From Azolla caroliniana (lineage: Eukaryota > Plantae > Polypodiophyta), in contig JBHGNT010000004.1 in assembly GCA_043228905.1 (NCBI GenBank), positions 14,384,001-14,448,000 of the forward strand: a stretch of DNA of 64,000 nt. The letters run 5' to 3'. This document shows positions 1 to 11,500 of the stretch, piece by piece. The notes under the pieces were generated by a model. That model was not told where the DNA came from and searched no databases. It worked only from the letters and a program-made list of their open reading frames with translations. The position numbers and the translations under genes were made by a program. How positions within the stretch are numbered: position 1 is the first letter of the stretch; every line of letters begins with the position of its first letter.

Positions 1-2457
1 AGGGTGGATTCCTACTGCCGGCAGAGGAGGACCGGTTTCGGAGGATGCTTGAAAGGCACAGGAAGGCCTTTGCATTCTCACCAAAGGAGATTGGGTGTGT
101 TGACTCGACAATCATAGAGCCAATGGTGATCTTCACGGTACCGCACGTACCATGGAATCTCAAACCAATTCTGCTATCGAGAGCTCACATCCTGAAGTTG
201 ATGGAGTTGCTTAGGCAGAAGGTCGATATGGGTATCCTTGAACCATTGAGCACCTCGTACTCGAATCGGTGGTTTACGGTGTCGAAGAAGAATGGCACAC
301 TGCCCTTTATTCAAGACCTGCAGCCAGTCAATCAAGTGACCATTCAAAATGCAGGAGTCAATCCGAAAATTGATGAGTCTGCGGAGGCCTTCGCTGGAAG
401 GTCTATGTACTCGGTCGGCGACTTATACTCTGGGTATGACCAGTTCCAACTAGCCATGGAGAGTACAGACATCACGACGATGTGAACCCCTCGCAGCCTA
501 GTTCGGATGTGTACCCTACCGTAAGAGGGAACCAACTCAGTGGCACACATGGTGAATGCAATAAACAAGGTGCTGGAGGACTGCATCCTGGACATCACCA
601 TATCATTTTTAGAAGACATCATGATCAAGGGATGTCTAGAGGATGCTAAGGATGATTCGATCGGATCAGACGGATATTGGAGATTTGTCGCCGACCACGT
701 CTCCGACTGTGAAAGGATAATGTAGAGGCTTAATGGCGCTCAACTTACCTTCTCTGGGGAGAAGTCATCTTTCGAACAATCGGAGATCCTGGTAGTTGGT
801 CACCTATGTGGGCCATACGGCCGGAGACCATCTCCGGCCAAGGTAGGGGCCATCTTGGCAATGAAGGAAGAGTGTCAGTCGGTCACAAAGTCCAACGGTT
901 CTTGGGGGCGTGCGCCATCTACCACATTTGTATCCCGCGCTACGCGCATATCGCCGAGCCGCTCTATGGCTTGCTAAAGAAAGGTCGGAAATTCGAATGG
1001 GGCAACAAGCACATGGAGGTGGTTCGAAGATTGAAGGAAAAGCTAACGGCGGCACCGGTTCTTCGGAAAGCGGTGTACAAGAAGGACACTTCGGTTTACG
1101 TGTTGGTGGATACGAGTCCGACCGGAATCAGGTGGGTGATTAATCAAGAAGACAAAGATGGTGCACGGATCCCCATTTGGTTCAATGGGAAGGTGTTGAA
1201 CGAGCGGCAATAAGGATATTCCCAGGTTAAACGCGAACTCTAGGGTATCGTTTCGGCGGTCAAGGACAATAAAGACTACTTGATCGAGACGGACTGCCTA
1301 CCAATTCTCGGTATGGTTTCCGGATACGCGACTCCGGACCTGGCGATGCTTAGGTGGATTTCGTACATCAAATCCCTAAATCCGAAGATACGACACATCT
1401 CTGGAAACGATAACACCATGGCCTATATGCTCTCAAGAGCACGGTTCAAGAACGAGGACGACATGGTGTCAGAAGACAAAGAGGTCGGCGTGGACTTCTT
1501 TGAGTCGGCTCAAATGTCGGCGAACAAGCGGAGCACTCTAGCCCTAAATGAGTTCAACGAGAACGACTACACTGGGGAGTGGCTCCAGATTGGTAAGTTC
1601 CTAAGCACGATGGGGCTGGACGCGGTGTGGACGGAAGACGAAAGACATAGGATCCAGAAGAAGGCTTACTGGTTCTTCCTACGGAACAGTAATATATGGA
1701 AGCACCCAAAGGGATGGACTGGCATACCACTCCGGGTAGTGACGAAGGAAGAGGAGCAGGTGGTGCTCCTATCAGAATTTAACGAAAGCCCTTGGTCACT
1801 GGGGAACATGGGCCACGTTCGAAAAGCTGAAGGAGAAGTACTGGTGGCCAGGGATGTATCGCGACGCGCATCACTTCGTGACAACATGCGAAAGCTACCA
1901 GATGCATTCCGGCGTCCAACACAAAGACGAATTGCACCCGACCTACCCCCCAACCATTCACTTCAAATGGATGGTGGACCTAGTGACGATGCTCATGGGG
2001 GTAGGGCAAATGAAGTACCTAGTACTTGTGCGTGAAGATCTAATGAACTAGGTGGAGGGTCAGGCCTTAACGAACAAGATGATTGCCGCGGTGTACCAAT
2101 TTTTTATCGAGGAAGTGATTTGCCGATACGGGTGTGTTGGGAAGATCGTGGCCGACCGAGGGGAGTTGGACGCACGAGAAGCTGAAGAGTTGTTCGATCA
2201 ACTCAGGGTTAAGCTTTCCCTCACAACCGCATACAATCCAGAAGCGAACGAGGGCACAGGCCAATCGTGAAAGCGTTGGTGCGAGCCTGCGATGGACAAG
2301 TCGGGAACTGGCCGAGACTACTGCCTTATGCTTTATGGGCCGACCGAACTACGCATAATTCAGTAACCAGGTACATGTCGGTGGAACTTATGTTCGGACA
2401 AAAACCAATCATGCCGGTGGAGCAAAAAATCTTCATGGATGGCGATCGACTATTTGG

Positions 2458-2906
2458 TGTCATGACACAATGATGTTAAATACGTAGTTAGTGAGGATTG
2501 AATCTGCAACCTCACAGCTACAATATGTCATGCTCAACCATTTTGATATGAGCATGCATTTGTATATAATGGTTTAGTATTCTATAGTCTAGCATATAGT
2601 ACATTTCGGAATCAGAATATTCTAGTCATTAGTATATTCTAGAAATATTGTACGACATATTCGAGAGTATATTCTAGAGATATTCAATCTTGAAACATGT
2701 ATAAATACTTGTAACCTCCTTGGTCCCTTCAAGGGATTCAACACCAGTCATTGACACATCAACATAGTATTCTTGTTTCATTCCATCTTGTTTCCTTCTT
2801 CATCTCTATCTTCATGCTCTTGTGTCATTCCCAACTTCTAAAGTTCCATGTTCTTAGCCCCATCATCCGTGCTTCATCCTAGTTCGCGCTTGTTGTGTCC
2901 GTGATA
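2458..2906 (+). repeat. 5' LTR of TRIM-like element
   Basis: Aligns with 3953-4432; TATAAAT at 2700. Confidence 0.85.
2491..2555 (-). promoter_or_regulatory. tRNA-like (Pol III box-type) cassette in TRIM 5' LTR
   Basis: Minus strand reads ATGCTCATATCAAAATGGTTGAGCAT...GTGAGGTTGCAGATTCAATCCTCAC. The B-box is intact (GGTTCAATCC) in the 3' LTR copy. Confidence 0.5.
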
Positions 2907-2908
2907 GT

Positions 2909-2919
2909 TTGAATCCCTT
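2909..2919 (+). promoter_or_regulatory. Putative self-priming PBS (11 nt)
   Basis: TTGAATCCCTT lies 2 nt after the LTR and is the exact reverse complement of AAGGGATTCAA (2731-2741), which starts 31 nt after the start of the TATA box. Confidence 0.7.
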
Positions 2920-3409
2920 CTAACTGGAAACACCACCCGTCTTCATCATCGCCTTTGCTTCTAGAGTTACCATCATCATTGTCCTTACTTCCGAAGTTAC
3001 CGTCATCAACATCGAAGTCATCATTTTCAGCACCTCTTCACCCAACCATCGTCGTCATCAACACTACTTGTCATCATTTTTAGGTATCATTTTGCATCAC
3101 GGTTTTGGTGAGGAGTGCTTTCAATTGCTCACCTTCCTAGTTCCAGTGGGGGTCACAACCGCTCACTTTCCTGGTGGGGATCGGATTATTCCTCACTTCC
3201 ACTGCATTTTCGTTATAGTTCAAGTCTCGTGGCACTTTCTTCTAGTTTCGATGGGGGTCAGAACCGTTCACTTTTCCAGTGGGGATCACGTGGGTTTCTC
3301 ACTAGCGCTACTATTTGTGTCGTGTCTTGGGTCAACCTCGACTATTTACCCTCCCATAATAGAAGAAGTCGAGTCGACCGCTTCACTTGCACTCCTTCGC
3401 CCATTTGTG

Positions 3410-3895
3410 TTCGTGTTGGAGTTCTCGGTGACGGGCGCATGGTCGCTCACGTACGTTTGTGTTCGAGTTCTCAGTGAGGGCCACATGGTCGCTCACGCCC
3501 GTTCGTGTTCAAGTTCTCGGAGTTCCCAGTGAGGACCACACATGGTCGCTCACATCCGTTCGTGTTTGAGTTCTCGGTGACGGTTGCATGGTCACTCACT
3601 CCCGTTTGTGTTCCAATTCCCAATGAGGGCCGCATGGTCGCTCATGTCCGTTCATGTTCCCGATGAGGATCGCACATGGTCTCTCACGTTTGTCCGTGTT
3701 CTAGTCTTCGGTAAGGGCCACACATGGTCGCCCACACCCGTCAGAGTTCTAATCTCCGGTGAGGACCGTACATGGTCTCTCAAGCCTGTCATTGTTCCAA
3801 TCTCCGGGGAGGACCGCACATGGTCACTCACGTCCATTGGTGTTCTAGTCTCCGGTGAGGAGAACATATGGTTCCTCACGCCCTTCAGTGCTCCA
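3410..3895. repeat. Minisatellite, ~10 degenerate 40-55 bp units (core GTGAGGNCCRCACATGGTCNCTCAC)
   Basis: The CATGGTC(G/T/A)CTCAC core recurs at roughly 46-48 bp spacing. Confidence 0.85.
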
Positions 3896-3952
3896 ATTCT
3901 TGTCCACCCCTACACCACGCTTTCGAAAAGGCGGTCGTAAAGGGGAGGATAA

Positions 3953-4432
3953 TGTCACAACACAACGATGTCAAATACTTAGTTAGTGAGGATTGAACCT
4001 GCAACCTCACAACTACAAGATGTCATGCTCAACCATTTTGATATGAGCATACATTTATTTATGCAATGGTTTAGTATTATATAGTCTAGCATATAATACA
4101 TTTCAGAATCAGAATATTCTAGTCAATAGTATATTCTAGAAATATTGTACGACATATTCTAGATGATTATATTCTAGAGATATTTCTCGAGTATATTCAA
4201 GAGATATTCAATCTCGGAACATCTATAAATACTTGTAACCTCCTTGGTCCCTTCAAGGGATTCAACACTAGTCATTGACAAAATCAAATCTAGTATTATC
4301 GTTTCATGCCATATTGTTTAGTTCTTCATCTCTATGTTCATGCTCTTGTGTCATTCCTAGCTTCTTAAGTTCCATGCTTCTAGCCCCATCATCCGTGCTC
4401 CATCCTAATCCTCGCTTGGTGTCTCCGTGACA
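3953..4432 (+). repeat. 3' LTR of TRIM-like element
   Basis: Follows the PPT, has TG...CA termini, and carries the tRNA-like cassette at 3986-4050 (-). Confidence 0.85.
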
Positions 4433-4960
4433 GTCGAAGGAAATGAGCCGGGAGGAGTTGTTGGTGGCGCAGATCAGTCAACTCAAAAGAAGGAAGGAGG
4501 ACTTGGAACGAGCGAAGGCGAAGCTGCTTGCAGCACGAGAGAAGAGCAAGGGCCAGTTCGACCGGATGCACCAGCTCCGGCCGAAGAAGATTGAGGAAGG
4601 TGATTGGGTGTTGATCTATGACAACATCCTTGACAACCAGCACCGGTCAACCAGTTTGTGAAGAGGTAGTTCGGGCTGTACATGGTGACAAGCGCCAACG
4701 ACAATGTGACATACCATCTTGTCAAGCTCGACGGGACGAGGATCGCAGTACCGGTTTCTGGGAAACGGATAAAGGCCTTCAAGAAGCGGTGTGAGTCAAA
4801 ACCGGATCCAAAGATGGGTGAAGGTGGGAGCGATAGCGAGGAGTCAGACGAAGACCGGATTGGTGACGGTTCGAGAGAGGATGAGTAAAAGCTGAGTCGG
4901 AATCCCCACCACTACACTACTTGGCACATGCCGGAGGATGTGCAATTTGATGGGGGTGGA

Positions 4961-5006
4961 TGTTGTGATGGATTCTAGCCATAGCGAGAAATAGAGTCAG
5001 ATGCGT
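4961..5006 (+). repeat. Element A 3' LTR, segment 1 (continues at 15794-16346 and 21848-22099)
   Basis: Follows the PPT GATGGGGGTGGA and is cut by the insertion of C. Confidence 0.7.
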
Positions 5007-5594
5007 TGTCGCGAAGATGCGTGTGCGTGCTTCGCTTGAACGGGACCACCGGGGTCTTGGACCAGGGAGTTATTGAGAAGACGACGATGTGAATGTACGA
5101 TTTGGGGAAACAACGAGCACTACACTTGAGAAGATCGGAAATTTTTACACTCAAGAAGAAGATCAACAAGAATAATAAGAAGAAGATTATTATATTGATG
5201 GTGATAGTGATGATGATGATATCACATATTGAGCCCCCCCTTTACACAAGCCTTACGAGGGTTTTTATAGGTCTATCCATGCTTCTAACATGCACAAAAC
5301 TATGGGCTTGGACCCATGGTTTTTGGGCACACGGTTTTTCTTGTGGCATGCACAAAACCATAGGCTTGGAACATGGTTTTGTGCACACGGTTTTGTATGG
5401 TTGTTTTCCTATGCTTTTTGAATATGAAAAGAAATACATAACAATTAAAGTACTTGGAAGTAGCCCTAATGATAAGATAAATGTCTTCTATCTTGGAGGT
5501 GCAAGATTCAAATTTTACTTGCACCCCTTTATATGCACTCGAATGCCACTAGGCCCTAGGATAATTTTCATATTTATAATCATTTGTGTAATAT
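5007..5594 (-). repeat. Element C 3' LTR (truncated)
   Basis: Highly similar to 15157-15735. Confidence 0.85.
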
Positions 5595-5734
5595 GCATGG
5601 CATTTGTCCTCCATTTTGAGCAAATGCATTCCTTCCACCCGAACCATCGTCGCCACCCGATCAACCATATCATTTGCTCGCCCTTCGCATTGCCATGACC
5701 ACTTGGCATAACCCCTTTTGTTCCACCTGAGCGT

Positions 5735-6306
5735 TGTCGTGGAGAAAACCGTCCCCAGGCGCAAACCGTGTATAGTGTGTGTGAATCGGCCCTTACACGT
5801 GGGCACGCCCCTTGTTGTATAGTAGATAGGTAGGCACAAAGGTCAAATCCTAGGTAGCAATATTCTATAGAGGAAAATCGAGGGGTATCTCTATCTGAAA
5901 GGACAGAGAATTAATGTGATGTAAACGGGTGAAGCAGCCTCCCTCCTTGAGCTATAAAAGAGAGGGAGACGGGGGAGAGAGGGGATCGCGCGCTAGAGGG
6001 GACGAAGTGCTGTCGGACTGGGACCGAGCTCTTCTTCTCTGTCGTTCTTCATAGCTTTCTTTTGTGCAGGTTCTCAGGAGGTTGATCCTGCTCCGTGGAA
6101 CGCCCGTGTGCTTCCGGAAAAATCTCCATCTTGCTCTCCTGTGTGCGTGGGTGATCAGGCGTCGGCATCCATCTCGCCAACCTAGTCGGCTGTAACCGTT
6201 CGAGTCGTCTACATACATTTATATACATACGCTAGTGTTCTCAACACGTGTCTCCTGTGTTGTTGGGTCGCGTCCCCGTGCACTTCTTTGTCTATACGTG
6301 CCTGAG

Positions 6307-6357
<51 letters not shown>

Positions 6358-6426
6358 ACCTATTCCTCGGTCCAAGACCCCAGTGGTCCCGCCTTGTTCT
6401 CCACGCACGCGCGTAACAACGCGACA
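5735..6426 (+). repeat. Element B 5' LTR (contains a (CT)n microsatellite at ~6308-6353)
   Basis: Direct repeat of 12399-13068; TATAAAA at ~5953. Confidence 0.95.
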
Positions 6427-6430
6427 TATT

Positions 6431-6448
6431 TGGTGAACCCGACGTGAA
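6431..6448 (+). promoter_or_regulatory. Primer-binding site complementary to the tRNA-Trp 3' end
   Basis: TGGTGAACCCGACGTGAA is the reverse complement of ...TTCACGTCGGGTTCACCA, the plant cytosolic tRNA-Trp 3' end as I recall it. Confidence 0.8.
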
Positions 6449-6469
6449 CAGGTAGCAGAGGAGTAGAAG

Positions 6470-8590
6470 ATGAGGGGGTCGGACCTTGCAGAAGCCATGG
6501 CTTCGGTTGTAGACTGTATAGTAAGTGCGCGCGAAGGCACCGGCGCCCTTGATAGGGCTATCGAGGCGGTTGTCGGTACGATCGGCCGGTTTAGTGGGAA
6601 GGATGTCACGAGCTACTTGGCGTCCTACTAGGCTAAGATGGTAATGAGGGACATTCCGGAAGAGAGGCGTCTAGCTGGATTCCCTCGAGTGGCAATGCCG
6701 GGCATTCATACGGAGGTACTCGAGGTACAGGCTGAGAGCCGGATCTTGGAGGAGTTCGAAGGTCGGCTCCTCGAAAAATACGGGCTTGAAGATGCGCTTC
6801 GACTTTCGAAGCGGGACTTCATGGAGTGGGTGGAGACCCCCGACAAAGGAAGGAATGCGTCAGTGCTCCTCCAGGAGCTTGAGGAACGCTTCGCGCGCCT
6901 CTCGGTGCTTGACCGGACCGTTCTGGACACAAGCCGTGTCCTATTGTTTGTTAAGTCAGTTGACGAGCGGGATCGGGAGCAAGTAGGCCTCCTATTGGAG
7001 ACTGATGACGGGCTGACGGCCGACTGGGCCGTGGTTAAGAGGGTCTGTGGCCGTTTCGACAAACGGCGGGAATGGGTTCACAAAGGATCGACAAGGGCGG
7101 GCTCTGTCGCAGCAAGGAAGCTCGAGCCAACAGCGCGAAGGGAAGAGACCCGAGATTGGCTCGAGACCGGATCGGCTTCGACCGGCATGGTCAAGGGCTC
7201 GCCCGGGGGAGCAACTCTAGAGGAACTGACGCGGATTGTAAAGGATCTCTAGATCGCCCAGGCACGGAGGGACGATGGCGAACAGGCCCGTGACCGACGA
7301 CCTCTGGCTGGAAACAGGTGCATGTGGTGTGACGCGGTTGGCCACATCCGGAAGGACTGCGGGGAATTCGCCGAGGCGATGAGAAGCAATGTGGTGTACC
7401 TGTGGAACGGTCGGGTGCACGCCAGCGAAACCCGAAGGCCCCTGGATCTGAACATCGGGCGAGGGGGTATGAAAAGGCTGATGGAGGAGGCGGCGGCTCG
7501 TCACGCGAAGACTGTCCACTACTCGGCGTCAGCTGGTATTTGGGTCGGAGGTGGCGAGGCCCCGAAGACGAACAAAGCCGGGTTCTGGCCGACGATGCTA
7601 GAAGGCCTCGCCGGCGCACGACTAAGGAAAGAAGAGGCGGACCGCGCGGAAAAACGGGTCAGGGAGGTAATCGGATGGAGTGACCCGGTGGAAGAAAAGA
7701 CGGGCTTCGTCGAAGCCGCTTGTCAAAACTATGAGGCTCTGGTGGAGGATAAGCGGGTAGGGAAAACCGGAGGGGCCGGGCCCTCGCAACGATATGAAAC
7801 TCGGTTCGGGCAAAGGCGGAATGAGGCCGGTGTACTCGGCGCCCAGGATAATCCCAAGAAGGGCGGGTACCGGCTGGGCACAGAAATCGAAAGATCCACG
7901 GACCTGCGAAAGGTCCTAGAAGAACGAATCCTCGACAGCAAGGTGGAACTATCGCTGAGGGAAGTGCTTGGGATCGCCAACAAGGAGTTCCACGACTCCA
8001 TCGTAGACTTGGTGAAGAGGAAGAGGCTGTCGACGGAGACAAAACTGGAGAAGCCGGTGGAGGTTCGGACGACGCACATAGAGGACATGGCGCTGGAAGA
8101 CGAGTTGGCGGAGAGCCACTATTCGAGGCCGCACTGGGCCAGAGCGACCACGGAGACCCCCGTGAAAATCAGAGATGTTCATGAACCGGTGGTGGCGTTG
8201 GTGGACCACGGTTCAGAAATCAACTTGATGTCCATGGACTTCTATAAGAAGGGGAAATGGACGATCAACACCAAGCACGGGTGGAAAATACGGGCAGCGA
8301 CGCGTGCCACCGAAGAACTGCATGGAGCCTGCCCGAATGTACGAGTGAAGATCGGCGATGTCGAGATTGACCAGCAGTTCTTCGTGCAGGAGACGTCCTC
8401 ACATCCGGTTATACTAGGAGAACTGTACATCACGGCAGCACGTATGGAGACCAAGGTGCTGGACAACGGCTCGGCCTATGCAAGGGTCAAGAGCCAGGAT
8501 GGGCGTCACTTGGTCCAATTCCTGACGGTGAGACCGAACCATGAGCAGAACCGCGAGACCCTCAGGGGCGAAAGTCGAGAGGATTTTTAG
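6470..8590 (+). pseudogene. Element B gag-protease ORF (in-frame stops at 6629 and 7250)
   Basis: One frame from ATG 6470; zinc knuckle CMWCDAVGHIRKDC; aspartic protease motif LVDHGSEINLM. Confidence 0.85.
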
Positions 8591-11500
8591 AGAGGGCTAT
8601 CAAGGCGTGGGGCCGCGATAGTCCGGACACTCCGGGAAAACCCCACAAGTGTACGATAGCGAAGAAGACCTGTACTATAAGTAGGAAATTTTGGTTCTCC
8701 GACAACGGAGGGTGTACGATAGTCGACGTTGTTGGACGGAAGAAGAAAAGGGCGGAGGAGCGACTTCGAGCATGTGGTATCCTCGGCCTCGGAGAGGAAA
8801 TCAACGGAGCCGTGGAGGCGGTCTCTTTCGACGATACCTTGGGGGAGCTGCGAGAGGTAGTCGGAGTCCTTAAAGAGGACCGGACGATTCCGGTATGTTC
8901 GGAAAGAATGTACGAAGTCATCGCCGACTTCAGTAGAGGGCTCGAGTCGGATCGGACGGCCCGGGTGGACACGAGGTACAAGACTGTGGACCGGAAGGTG
9001 AGGCCAGTTGCGGTTCCCTTGCCGGGGGGCAGCGAGTTGCGAATAAAGGGGGTTGCGTCGGACCCGAGTTTACGAAATCCGGCCCGCATAGGACACACGT
9101 TCACCGACATAACGCTGCGCAAGCTCAAAATCGGTGGGGGCGGCTTCCTACTGCTGGCGGAAGAGGACCGTTTTCGGGGAATGCTCGAAAGGCACGGGAA
9201 GGCTTTTGCATTCTCACCGGAGGAGATCGGGTGCGTAGACCCGACAATCATGGAACCGATGGTAATATTCACGGTATCGCATGTGTCGTGGAGTCTCAAA
9301 CCGATTCCACTACCCAGAGCTTACATCCCGAAGCTGATGGAGCTGTTAAAGCAGAAGGTCGAGATGGAAATGCTCGAACCGTCGAGTGCCCCAAACTCGA
9401 ATCGGTGGTTTACCGTGCCGAAGAAGGACGGCACGCTGCGCTTTATTCAAGACCTGCAGTCGGTCAACAAGGTGACCATTCGAAACGCAGGAATCAGACC
9501 GACAATAGACGAGTTCGCGGAGGCCTTCGCCGGAAGGTCGATTTACTCGGTCGGTGATCTCTACTCGGGGTACGATCAGTTCCAGCTAGCCATAGAGAGC
9601 AGAGACATCACGACAATGCGACATCACGACACGCAAGGAGGGACGAACTCGGTGGCTCACATGGTGAACGCAATGAACAAAGTGTTGAGGGATTGTATCC
9701 CGGACATCACCATGCCGTTTTTGGACGACGTCCCGATCAAGGGATTCCCGGTGGAGGAAAGGGACGAGACGATCGGACCAGACGGGTGCCGGAAATTCGT
9801 GGCGACGCACATCGATGATTGCGAGAAAGTGCTGCAGAGGTTGGAGGGCGCGGGGCTCACCTTCTCCGGGGGAAAATCGGCCTTCGGGCAATCAGAGATC
9901 ATGGTCGTCGGACACCTATGCGGGTCGTACGGCCAGAAACCGTCTTCGGCTAAGGTAGAAGCCATCTCCGCGATGAAGCACGACTGTAGGTCGGGCACGG
10001 AGGTTCAGAGGTTCTTGGGAGCATGCGCGTTCTACCACATATGGATCCTACATTACGCCCACGTCGCGGAGCCGTTATACGGGTTGCTAAAAAAGGGGTG
10101 AAAATTCGACTGGAAAGATGAGCATACGGAGTCTGTCCGAAAGATGAGGGAAGCACTTGCCGCAGCTCCGGCGCTCCGAAAGGCTATCTACGGAAAGGAC
10201 ACTCCCATTTACGTAACGATAGACACGAGTCCGACCGGGATCGGATGGGTCGTCAACCAAGAGGACGAGGACGGCATGCGTTTCCCGATCCGGTTCGGCG
10301 CGAAGGTCTTCAGTGAGCAACAACGAGGATACGCCCAGGTTAAACGCGAGCTCTAGGGTATCGTTTCGGCGATAAAGGCCGATAAAGACTACCTAATCGA
10401 GACAGAGTTAATTATCGAGATAGACTGCCTGCCAATTCTTGGCATGGTTTCCGGATGCGCGACGCCGGACCTGGCAATGCTCAGGTGGATAGCGTACATC
10501 AAGTCCCTGAATCCGGAAATACGACACATTTCCGGGAAAGACAATGCCATGGCCGACATGCTTTCAAGGGCGAGGTTCGAAAACGAGGGCGGCATGGTTT
10601 TGGAGGACGAGGAACTCGGCGTGGACTTCTTCGAGGCGGCTTACATAACAACCGGTAGGGAATTCTCTCCAACGCTTAACGATTTCGACGAGAGCAAGTA
10701 CAACGGGGAGTGGCTGCAGATCGGCGGGTTCCTGAAAACGATGACACCGGACGCGACATGGACAAGGGATGAGGCCAACCGGATTCGGAAGAAAGCATAC
10801 CGATTCTTTCTCTGGGACGGGTACATATGGAAGCACCCGAAGAAGAGGAACGACATCCCGCTCCGAGTGGTGGCGAAGAAGGAGGAACAGGAGGATTTGC
10901 TGGAGGCGTACCACGATAGTCCTTGGGCTGGACACCGTGAACGTGGGCCACGTTCGAAAAGCTAAAGGGGAAGTACTAGTGGCCGGGGACTATACCGGGA
11001 CGTGCATTGGTTCGTGACAACTTGCGAAAGCTGTCAGGTGCACTCCATGATCCGACACCGAGACGAGCTTCACCCGACCTACCCTCCGACCGTCCACTTC
11101 AAGTGGATGGTGGATTTGGTGACGATGCCAATGGGGGTAGGACAGATGCGGTATCTGGTGCTGGCTCGGGAGGATCTAACGAACTAGGTTGAAGGCTGAG
11201 CCCTGCAGAACAAGACGATTGCAGCCGTGTGCCGGTTTTTGATTGAGGACGTAGTATGTCGATACGGGTGCGTAGGGAAGATCGTGGCTGACCGTGGTGA
11301 GTTGGACGCAGAAGAGGCTGAAGAGTTGTTTGACCAGCTAGAAGTCAAACTTTCGCTCACCACAGCGTACAATCCGGAGGCAAACGGGAAGGTGGAGCGC
11401 GGACACGGGCCAATTGTCAAAGCGCTAGTACGGGCGTGCGGAGGCCAAGTCGGGAATTGGCCACGGCTGCTACCTTATGCCTTGTGGGCGGACCGGACTA

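Larger units (their letters stand above)
2458..4432 (+). mobile_element. Non-autonomous, non-coding LTR element (TRIM/LARD-like, ~1.97 kb) inserted in the element A integrase
   Basis: Direct repeats at 2458-2906 (TGTCA...CGTGATA) and 3953-4432 (TGTCA...CGTGACA). PPT AAGGGGAGGATAA at 3940-3952. No retroelement protein motifs internally. The A integrase resumes at 4433. Confidence 0.85.
1..4888 (+). pseudogene. Element A pol remnant (RT, RNase H, integrase), interrupted at 2458-4432
   Basis: ORFs contain DLYSGYDQFQ and FLEDI (RT), VDTSPTGI and IETDCLP (RNase H), and WMVDLV...IVADRGE (integrase), with many stops and frameshifts. Confidence 0.9.

Noticed and set aside
2450-2457. Target-site duplication for the TRIM
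   Set aside because: The left flank (ATTTGG) and right flank (GTCGAA) do not match, so no TSD is claimed.
3410-3895. CRISPR-like repeat-spacer array
   Set aside because: The intervening parts are homologous to each other, so this is a minisatellite; the context is eukaryotic and there are no cas genes.
5093-5698. 201-aa hydrophobic ORF (and its copy at 15280-15624)
   Set aside because: Antisense reading of the low-complexity LTR of element C; length is not conserved between copies.
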